NCBI GenBank assembly: GCA_965279035.1
Contig: OZ257142.1
Span: 256,001 to 320,000 of the forward strand
DNA length: 64,000 nt
DNA from: Bacteroidia bacterium
GTDB taxonomy: Bacteria > Bacteroidota > Bacteroidia > M30B66
Direction: 5' to 3'
Under the pieces are notes generated by a model, which was given only the letters and a program-made list of their open reading frames with translations, was not told where the DNA came from and did no database searches. How positions within the stretch are numbered: position 1 is the first letter of the stretch; every line of letters starts with the position of its first letter. Shown piece after piece: positions 57,076 to 64,000 of this stretch. A program made the translations under genes and the position numbers.

Positions 57076-57615
57076 TTAATGATGGAAATCCTGATTAACA
57101 AAAAAGAGGGTGATCCGAATCTCAGGATGGTGTTTTTGAAAAAGCGTTAGTTCGCTCATTCTAGATAACTGCGCATCGATGGCGCTGTGTGTTGTCCAAT
57201 AACAGACAATAATCCATTGGTTTTCTAATGGAAAATGAGGAATTGATTTATTGGAAATATCCCATCGACTCATTTCAAGATAAATGTTTTGGGAACTATC
57301 GATGGATGTTGAAGAATAGGAATAATCTTGAGCAATAATTTTCCGAAGTATTTCGGAATAAGGAAAATCGGATTGGTTATTTAGAGAAATTAAAAATCCG
57401 TGTTGATTGTATGTAAGTACTTTGCAATAGGATTCACGAATTGAAATAAGCAGGTATTCTGGTAAAATAGAATAAGCGTTTTTATTAATTTGATTGAAGT
57501 TAATAGTGTCGCTTTTCTCACTTTTAAAAAAACGTGAATCAGCAGTTAAAGATTGGCAATTAAGAGCGTTTTGCCCCAATAGAGATAAAGCAATAAAAAA
57601 ATATAAGAATGGCAT
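57076..57615 (-). CDS. Hypothetical secreted protein, paralog of 57631-58239
   Basis: Signal-like N-terminus; IIVCYW and FVNQDF motifs. Confidence 0.6.
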   Translation of the reverse strand: MPFLYFFIALSLLGQNALNCQSLTADSRFFKSEKSDTINFNQINKNAYSILPEYLLISIRESYCKVLTYNQHGFLISLNNQSDFPYSEILRKIIAQDYSYSSTSIDSSQNIYLEMSRWDISNKSIPHFPLENQWIIVCYWTTHSAIDAQLSRMSELTLFQKHHPEIRITLFFVNQDFHH

Positions 57616-57630
57616 AATACATAGTTGTAA

Positions 57631-58239
57631 CTAATTAATTTTTGCGTCTAAAATAATTCCTAGACCGTCTCTAAAATCTTGGTTAACGAATATTAATTTA
57701 AATGTGGCTGTTTTATTTTCAGAAACTGCCTTTCTTAAACTTTTAATTTTCTTTTTATGATTAGGCGTACCTCCAAATAAATTCCAATAACAAACTATAA
57801 TGTAATCTGTCTTTCCTGTAATTTCTTCATTATAAGGCAAATTATTATTTAGATAAACCCATTTCTTTTTTTCGTTTTCTATTGTTTTAGAACTATCTCG
57901 TGAATAATAAGTTGTTTGGGATAATCCATTAATAACATTAATAACATTCCCTGAACAAGAAGGGTTGGGAAATGTAGAATTAAAACTCAATTTCAAACCA
58001 TTATTATCAAAGATATAAGTTTCACAAGCATCCTTATTTATACATGATAAAATACTATCTGAGTTAACCATAAGTAGTTCATCTATTTTCAATTTTTTCT
58101 TCATATTGAATTTGGAAATTGAATTCGGGGTTTCCAATCTAGGGCTATGAAAACCAATGTAAGCATATGCAAGTCTTTTACATGATGAAGTTAAAGACAG
58201 CAAAATCAGAAGAATTAAAAATTGTTTCATAAAAATCAT
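57631..58239 (-). CDS. Hypothetical lipoprotein (AT-rich)
   Basis: Lipobox TSSC; IIVCYW and FVNQDF motifs. Confidence 0.65.
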   Translation of the reverse strand: MIFMKQFLILLILLSLTSSCKRLAYAYIGFHSPRLETPNSISKFNMKKKLKIDELLMVNSDSILSCINKDACETYIFDNNGLKLSFNSTFPNPSCSGNVINVINGLSQTTYYSRDSSKTIENEKKKWVYLNNNLPYNEEITGKTDYIIVCYWNLFGGTPNHKKKIKSLRKAVSENKTATFKLIFVNQDFRDGLGIILDAKIN

Positions 58240-58241
58240 TT

Positions 58242-58278
58242 AAATCCACCCCTAGTTTTAAAACTAAGGGTGGAATTT
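58242..58278 (-). terminator. Intergenic hairpin (terminator or mRNA-stabilising stem)
   Basis: TCCACCCcTAGTTT-TA-AAACTAaGGGTGGA inverted repeat. Confidence 0.65.
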
Positions 58279-58281
58279 AGA

Positions 58282-58740
58282 TTACTTAGTAATTACTTTT
58301 AAACGTGATGTTATTGAACCATCAGCATTTCTTTTATTTTGATATTCACCCTGAGGAATAATCATTGAATTAAAACCAAATTCTTTACAAAGATTTTTTG
58401 ATAACGAAGTGTTTTTAATAACACTCATGAAGTCTTCAAAAGGTTCGTTTGGAAGAAAAAATGTAAATAATAATTCTCCGCTTTTTTCCATTGCTACAGT
58501 AGCTATAATAGTTCCTGGTAATGCTGATGTTCTTTCGGACACTATCTCAAGACCAAACTCAATATCTAAACATTGTAATGAGATCTTTTTACACTGCTCA
58601 TCATTCTTTCCTATTTCCCCAAGAATTCTAATTGTTGCTTTTAACGGTAATGGAGCCTTTTTAAAATTCCTCACATTAGAAAATCCAGTTGTGCTTACCA
58701 TTACACACACCATCATAATAAATAATTTAATCGTTTTCAT
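58282..58740 (-). CDS. Hypothetical small secreted protein
   Basis: Sec signal; a C-x6-C pair; beta-rich. Confidence 0.65.
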   Translation of the reverse strand: MKTIKLFIMMVCVMVSTTGFSNVRNFKKAPLPLKATIRILGEIGKNDEQCKKISLQCLDIEFGLEIVSERTSALPGTIIATVAMEKSGELLFTFFLPNEPFEDFMSVIKNTSLSKNLCKEFGFNSMIIPQGEYQNKRNADGSITSRLKVITK

Positions 58741-58905
58741 AAGTTTAAAATAGATAGGTTATTAATACGGTTTTACGTTTCCTAATTGGTGAGGCGAACG
58801 TGGCTGCCGACATTGAAATTCCTCCCGAAATTACCCTGTCATCGAATTAATAGCTCAATGGGACTGAAATTGTTTCACAAACATAATAGACAAATACAAC
58901 ACGTT

Positions 58906-58926
58906 GTTTTGCGCCACATGCAAAAC
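58906..58926. promoter_or_regulatory. Candidate XRE operator
   Basis: Perfect GTTTTGC-N7-GCAAAAC inverted repeat in the divergent intergenic region. Confidence 0.45.
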
Positions 58927-59002
58927 TTTTTCGTCTGATGCAATCGGTGTGAAATAAAATATTTTTAAATTGCCTACACTATTAATCTATATTCTAATCC
59001 TT

Positions 59003-59371
59003 ATGAAAATCACAGAAAAAATACGTGAGATACGTACTCAAAAAAATCTATCTCAAGAATATTTAGCTTCTTATTTAGGTATCGACACTTCCAGTTATCA
59101 TCGCTTAGAACGCGGTGTTTGTCCACTCACCATCCAACGTTTAGAACGCATTGCCGAAGCATTTTCAATGAGCGTTCCTGAACTACTCTACGAAGACAGC
59201 CATTCTATTTCTAACACAAAAAGTCTCGAAAATTACATTCATCACCTTGAAGAAGAAATCCAATTTCTTCGGGCGCAACTTCAGGAAAACAATACACTTT
59301 CGAAAACGGCTCTTCCTTCTAGCAGAACATCACCCTTTCACACCGAAAGCATGCATCGCATACGGGGTTGA
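59003..59371 (+). CDS. XRE-family HTH transcriptional regulator
   Basis: KIREIR.QKNLSQEYLA..LGI..SSY.RLERG; C-terminal short coiled coil. Confidence 0.9.
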   Translation: MKITEKIREIRTQKNLSQEYLASYLGIDTSSYHRLERGVCPLTIQRLERIAEAFSMSVPELLYEDSHSISNTKSLENYIHHLEEEIQFLRAQLQENNTLSKTALPSSRTSPFHTESMHRIRG

Positions 59372-60391
59372 TTAATTCTTTATCATCCTCAACCAACTTT
59401 GCTTTCCATCTTGCACCAGTCTCAGTCGATAAAAGCCTGGCGAAAGGTTCATAATAGGGAGTTTTAAACTATGATCTTCAGGCATTGCTTCTTGGAAAGA
59501 GAGCTGCGTTCCATCGTTTTTATAGACGCTAATCTCTACCCGACTACTTAACAATGGACTAATAACCACCCAATCTTTCGCTGGATTGGGATACAATTTT
59601 ACGTTTAATAGCTCCTGTGTTGGGATTCCTAAAATCAATGTATCTCCGCCTCCTGAACCACCGCCACCTGTACTTCCACTACCTGAACCATTGGGGGGAA
59701 TTATAAAACACGGATCTGTTGTTGAAGCAGTATAGCCGCTATTATTGGCATACAGGCTCGTTCCATTTAATTCTACACAGGTAAGCAAATAAGGCTGTGG
59801 TCCAACAACTCCCCATTCGGGCATACGCGAGAACAATCCGGTTTTAGCTCCAATGCCTTCAATCCAAATATCGGCTTGAGGATCCAATTGACTGAGTGCT
59901 TGAGCAGGAAGCATATTCACCATTGCAGGATCGTGAATGTATAAGCGTTTGCGCACAATGCCATTGAAGGTTACAGTATTGGTTTTATACACTTTTCCTA
60001 TAACGTACTGTGGCAAAACTCCTTGATTGAAATCACCAATGGGACGATAAAAATGAACCGTGTCGCCTGTCACTTTGGTGTAATCGTATAAAAGTTGTTC
60101 GGTCGAAAAACCTTTTTCAATCACCCAAACTTTCCCATTTTCTTCGCGCAAAGCCGATTTATAATCTGCACTGTCAGCATTGAAATTAAACGGAACGGTA
60201 CTTCCCTGAGCAAGCACTTTTTTGAAGGTTTTGCCATTCAACAGGGTATCTCCTCCAAGTTGATATTTAACATTGAGGAAGAAATAATCGCCGTAACAGG
60301 TCCAAATCTTATTGCTTTCGAGAAGCGGATTCTGAGCTCCAAGCGTCGTTGCGCCAAGCAGGGTGATAGAGAACAGCCACTTTTTCATCAC
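59372..60391 (-). CDS. T9SS type-A sorting-domain secreted protein
   Basis: GDTLLNGKTFK, LLYDY, WIEGIG, Gly/Ser linker and CTD LYPNPAKD...GFY.L. Confidence 0.85.
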   Translation of the reverse strand: MMKKWLFSITLLGATTLGAQNPLLESNKIWTCYGDYFFLNVKYQLGGDTLLNGKTFKKVLAQGSTVPFNFNADSADYKSALREENGKVWVIEKGFSTEQLLYDYTKVTGDTVHFYRPIGDFNQGVLPQYVIGKVYKTNTVTFNGIVRKRLYIHDPAMVNMLPAQALSQLDPQADIWIEGIGAKTGLFSRMPEWGVVGPQPYLLTCVELNGTSLYANNSGYTASTTDPCFIIPPNGSGSGSTGGGGSGGGDTLILGIPTQELLNVKLYPNPAKDWVVISPLLSSRVEISVYKNDGTQLSFQEAMPEDHSLKLPIMNLSPGFYRLRLVQDGKQSWLRMIKN

Positions 60392-60520
60392 ACAAACAAT
60401 TTGAAATGAATAAAGTCGAAGGCTGTTTCATGCTCTTTTATACCTCCCCGATTTTAAAAAGATACGCCCATGTAAGTTTTAGAAACAGAAAGCAAAATCT
60501 CCTCAATGCTCAGATAGCTT

Positions 60521-60528
60521 TATATTTG
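60521..60528 (+). promoter_or_regulatory. -7 promoter element for kdsB
   Basis: TATATTTG, 4 nt before the ATG. Confidence 0.55.
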
Positions 60529-60532
60529 ACGC

Positions 60533-61291
60533 ATGCAAAACCAACAATTCATCGGAATTATTCCGGCGCGTTATGCGAGTAGTCGTTTTCCTGGAAAGCC
60601 TTTGGTAGAAATCAATGGAAAAACAATGATTCGACGTGTTGTTGAACAAGCGCTGCAAAGTAAATCGCTAACCCGCGTCATTGTTGCCACCGACGATGAA
60701 AGAATAGAAGCCGAAGTGCGCTCATTTGGTGGTGAAGTGGTGATGACTTCTCCCGAACATCCAAGCGGAACCGATCGTTGCGCAGAAGTCATTCGGATTT
60801 TAGGAGATACCGTTCATGCCGATGCTGTAGTAATTAATATTCAAGGTGATGAACCCTTTATAGATCCCGGACAGATTGATGTTTTATGCTCCTGTTTTAT
60901 GGATGAAAACGTTGAGTTAGGAACATTGGTTCGACGTTTTTCGCATGGGGAAGATGTGTTAAACCCCAACATGATTAAGGTTATTCGTGATGTAAATGGA
61001 TTTGGAATCTACTTTAGTCGAGCCTCAATTCCTTTTGAACGCGATGCACCACAAGGGAAACTGCCTGATTTGAATTCGCATTTTCAACACATCGGTTTGT
61101 ATGGATATCGGGCAGCCACACTTTTAAAAGTTTCTCAACTACCTATTTCCTTTTTAGAAAATACCGAGAAATTAGAGCAGTTACGCTGGATTGAGAACGG
61201 TTATCGCATCATGACAGCATTGAGTGATCATGAAAGTTGGAGCGTTGATACACCCGAAGATTTGAAAAAAATCCAAAGCCGCTTTGACTAA
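60533..61291 (+). CDS. kdsB: 3-deoxy-manno-octulosonate cytidylyltransferase
   Basis: IPARYASSRFPGKPL, SGTDR, NIQGDEP, HIGLY, EKLEQLR and VDTPED. Confidence 0.97.
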   Translation: MQNQQFIGIIPARYASSRFPGKPLVEINGKTMIRRVVEQALQSKSLTRVIVATDDERIEAEVRSFGGEVVMTSPEHPSGTDRCAEVIRILGDTVHADAVVINIQGDEPFIDPGQIDVLCSCFMDENVELGTLVRRFSHGEDVLNPNMIKVIRDVNGFGIYFSRASIPFERDAPQGKLPDLNSHFQHIGLYGYRAATLLKVSQLPISFLENTEKLEQLRWIENGYRIMTALSDHESWSVDTPEDLKKIQSRFD

Positions 61292-61317
61292 CCAAAAAGC
61301 GCTCTATATTTGAGCAA

Positions 61318-62301
61318 ATGGATCACGCCAGTTTTTCAAGTCGTAATGTGCAGGTTGCTAGCTTAGTGGCTAATTTGCTGCATAAACATGATTGCATTAT
61401 TCTTCCCGGTTTTGGTGGATTAATAGGCAATTATGCACCAGCGCGTGTGCATCCTGTTACCCATGTGTTTCAACCACCTTCCAAGCAATTGGTTTTCAAC
61501 CGAAGCTTAACCACAGATGATGGTTTATTGATTAACGAATGGGTAAAAAGTGCAAGTGTTTCATTTTCAGATGCTCGCCAACTTATTGCAGAATATGTTG
61601 AAACACTCAATATAAATCTGCTTGCTGGTGAGCGTATCGAATGGAATGAAATAGGAACATTCAGTACCGATGTAGAGCGAAACATTCAATTCAAAGTTGC
61701 TTCATCTCATAATTATTTACCTGAAGCCATTGGATTGTACGCCATTCAGGTTCAGCCGATCAATCGCTTTCCTATTCCTGAGCGTCGCCCCGAGCCCGTT
61801 TTTGTAAATCGTGATATCGTTCCTCCGGTAATAGTAAGCCGCAAATTTCCTGTACGTCGGGTTTTGCAAGCAATTCCAGTTTTATTGATTGCTGCTTTTA
61901 TTGGTATAAATGCTAGTTTGCCCGAAGGGAAAGGAATTTCCAAGGCTGATTTGAATATTTTCAAGAGTGATGTTCGAATTCCGGAACGAGCAATGAATGT
62001 TCGAAATAATTCCCCATTACCCAGTGTCCGCAAGGCATTTCTTCCTCCGGTTGAAGTTGCATTTAGTGCCGAAAGTGCTAAGATTTTCATTGTTGCCGGT
62101 TGCTATTCTACCGAATCCAACGCCGATGGAATGGTTGATTACCTGAGTGAAAAAGGATTCAACGCATTTCTTCTCGACCGCACTCCTGCCGGCTTATACC
62201 GTGTAGTTTACGGTAGTTATCCAAGTATTTCTGAAGCCAGCCAAGAGTTGACTTCCATTCGCAAAGGGCTGAACGAAGAAGCCTGGTTATTAATTCGATA
62301 A
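61318..62301 (+). CDS. HU/CCDC81-like plus SPOR-domain protein
   Basis: LLHKHDCIILPGFGG...PP.K.LVFN..L..DDGLL; one TM helix; SPOR-like C-terminus. Confidence 0.85.
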   Translation: MDHASFSSRNVQVASLVANLLHKHDCIILPGFGGLIGNYAPARVHPVTHVFQPPSKQLVFNRSLTTDDGLLINEWVKSASVSFSDARQLIAEYVETLNINLLAGERIEWNEIGTFSTDVERNIQFKVASSHNYLPEAIGLYAIQVQPINRFPIPERRPEPVFVNRDIVPPVIVSRKFPVRRVLQAIPVLLIAAFIGINASLPEGKGISKADLNIFKSDVRIPERAMNVRNNSPLPSVRKAFLPPVEVAFSAESAKIFIVAGCYSTESNADGMVDYLSEKGFNAFLLDRTPAGLYRVVYGSYPSISEASQELTSIRKGLNEEAWLLIR

Positions 62302-63029
62302 TGATTTTACAACGCACCTTTATTGCTATTCTTCTAGCAATTTCTCCTGTATTGAGTTTTTCTCAAACTAGCAAAACGGTTAAGCCAACTAGTACATCTC
62401 CAACAGCTATTTACGAGAAAATATATCGTCGTGCTTTGGAGTTAAACGATTTAGAACAAGCTACCACAGCCGTTTATTCAATTCTAGCCATCAGCCCCGA
62501 AAAGGAAAACTGGAAAGACACGCTCTGTTTGATTTATCATGGTCGCGGACTTTTTCTTCAGTCGTATTTGCTATCGAATGAAATACTTGAAAAGAAGGTC
62601 GATAATTTCACCTTGCGCGAAGTAAGAGCTCAGGCTTTAGAAGGTTTGGGTAAATTTCCTGAAGCCTTATTCGACTATGATTTTTTAATGAGCAAATCTC
62701 CTCTACTCATTTATCGCTATAAATCAGCCGCTTTGCAGTATATGTTAAAGCGTTATGGAGAAAGCGAAGCGAATATTCAAAAGATATTAGCTGATGAAGC
62801 TTCTTCGAAAGACAAAGTTGGAATGCAGACGGATGGTTCTAATGGAAGTCAAAATCAAGAAGTTCCAATTCGTGCTGCAGCTTATAATGTTCGTGCTGCT
62901 ATTGCGCTCGACATGAATAAATCGGCCGAAGCATTGGAAGCAATAAATCAAGCTTTGGAAATTGCTCCTGATTTCTACATGGCTCGCCAAAACCTAGAGC
63001 GGATTCAAAAAGTAAGTTCTCCGAAGTAA
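62301..63029 (+). CDS. Secreted TPR protein
   Basis: Signal peptide and helical TPR-like repeats. Confidence 0.75.
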   Translation: MILQRTFIAILLAISPVLSFSQTSKTVKPTSTSPTAIYEKIYRRALELNDLEQATTAVYSILAISPEKENWKDTLCLIYHGRGLFLQSYLLSNEILEKKVDNFTLREVRAQALEGLGKFPEALFDYDFLMSKSPLLIYRYKSAALQYMLKRYGESEANIQKILADEASSKDKVGMQTDGSNGSQNQEVPIRAAAYNVRAAIALDMNKSAEALEAINQALEIAPDFYMARQNLERIQKVSSPK

Positions 63030-63563
63030 TTATTTCTTTACACGGATTCGTTTATAAATCCGGATGGCTAACATAAGAATGGCAATCAATGCGATCATTC
63101 CTAACATGCCATACAGCATATCCATTTCGTTTTTCAACACAACCAGAAAAACAATGGAAACCAAGAACAGTGTTGCGATTTCATTCCAAAGCCGAAGTTG
63201 ATTGGAAGAATACTTCACCTCGTTTTTCCCTAATTGACGATAGATCACTTGCAAACTAAAGTGATAGCCAATTAAGCCTAACACTAAGATTAGTTTAATT
63301 AGCAGCCAGCCGCTTGTCCAAGAATAGCCAGTTTCAATCACAAGCCAAGGACCGAGAATCATCGTTAGAACAAACGAAGGCCAAGTAATTCCAAACCAAA
63401 GCCGTTTTTGCATAATTCGGAATTGTTCAACAAGAATGCTCTTTCCTGGTTCGGGTTTCGCACGAGCTTCCACATCATATATTAGAAGTCGTGGCATGTA
63501 GAAAAGTCCAGCAAACCAGGTTACAATGAAAATAATGTGAATGGCTTTTAGGTAGAGGTACAT
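63030..63563 (-). CDS. hemJ: Protoporphyrinogen oxidase HemJ
   Basis: KAIHIIFIVTWFAGLFYMPRL, WL..KL and R.WNE..T. Confidence 0.9.
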   Translation of the reverse strand: MYLYLKAIHIIFIVTWFAGLFYMPRLLIYDVEARAKPEPGKSILVEQFRIMQKRLWFGITWPSFVLTMILGPWLVIETGYSWTSGWLLIKLILVLGLIGYHFSLQVIYRQLGKNEVKYSSNQLRLWNEIATLFLVSIVFLVVLKNEMDMLYGMLGMIALIAILMLAIRIYKRIRVKK

Positions 63564-63704
63564 GCTGCAAATATAGCAGGCTGGAAATTAAACGTTCGCA
63601 AATCACTTATATATTGGTTTGTTTAAAGCTAGGCCTGCATTCGAACTTAATCCCACCGGATTTGTTTCTTAAAGCATCAATGCATGTTACATTTGCAACC
63701 GCTT

Positions 63705-64000
63705 ATGAAAACACAAAAGTTTGCCCGCGAATCCATTGCCGTTTCTTCGGAAATCGTTCTTCCCAATGATACCAATACCCTTGGAAATCTCATGGGAGGA
63801 AAACTCTTGCATTGGATGGATATTATAGCTGCCATTTCAGCACATCGTCATTGTAAACGCATAGTCGTAACGGCATCCGTGAATAATGTTTCGTTCGATC
63901 GCCCTATTCGTTTAGGTGATATCGTTACACTGGAAGCCCATGTTTCACGTGCCTTTTCATCCTCTATGGAAGTGTTTATTGACGTTTGGGTAGAGAATCA
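63705..64000 (+). CDS. Acyl-CoA thioesterase (hot-dog fold), 3' truncated by the window edge
   Basis: My own translation (not in the ORF track): MKTQKFARES...VLPNDTNTLGNLMGGKLLHWMD...VVTASVNNVSF..PI.LGD. Confidence 0.9.
   Translation, partial: MKTQKFARESIAVSSEIVLPNDTNTLGNLMGGKLLHWMDIIAAISAHRHCKRIVVTASVNNVSFDRPIRLGDIVTLEAHVSRAFSSSMEVFIDVWVEN

Noticed and set aside
1-64000. tRNA, rRNA, IS transposase, integrase or prophage genes
   Set aside because: None were recognisable; the remaining short antisense ORFs lie inside well-supported genes and were treated as spurious.

Overview
This is a gene-dense, roughly 40-45% GC (by eye) chromosomal window from a Bacteroidota genome, shown by T9SS C-terminal sorting domains, gldH, the holB-ricT-gldH synteny and TAnnTTTG promoters. 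I found no rRNA, tRNA, CRISPR array or transposase. From left to right it holds: envC-like, HTTM and TPR genes; a collagen-like fibre with a small T9SS partner; a carotenoid-desaturase gene divergent from a pterin-synthesis/photolyase operon; a YHYH-DUF1566-HupE trio; a beta-glucan utilisation locus; an N-glycan catabolic cluster (MFS, ROK, GH20, glycosylasparaginase, GH2, CutC, GH92); several AT-rich accessory inserts; and housekeeping genes (gldH, ricT, holB, pgk, kdsB, hemJ). The most notable feature is the beta-glucan locus (GH16, GH3, GH158-like, NrtR-type regulator, multi-module T9SS protein). It has no SusC/SusD pair and instead carries two large unknown predicted outer-membrane beta-barrels and two CBM-like lipoproteins. 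Near-identical GT-N7-AC palindromes overlap the promoters of both the barrel operon and the secreted protein. This is a candidate non-SusCD glycan-capture and import system. All family calls come from motif recognition; no searches were run.
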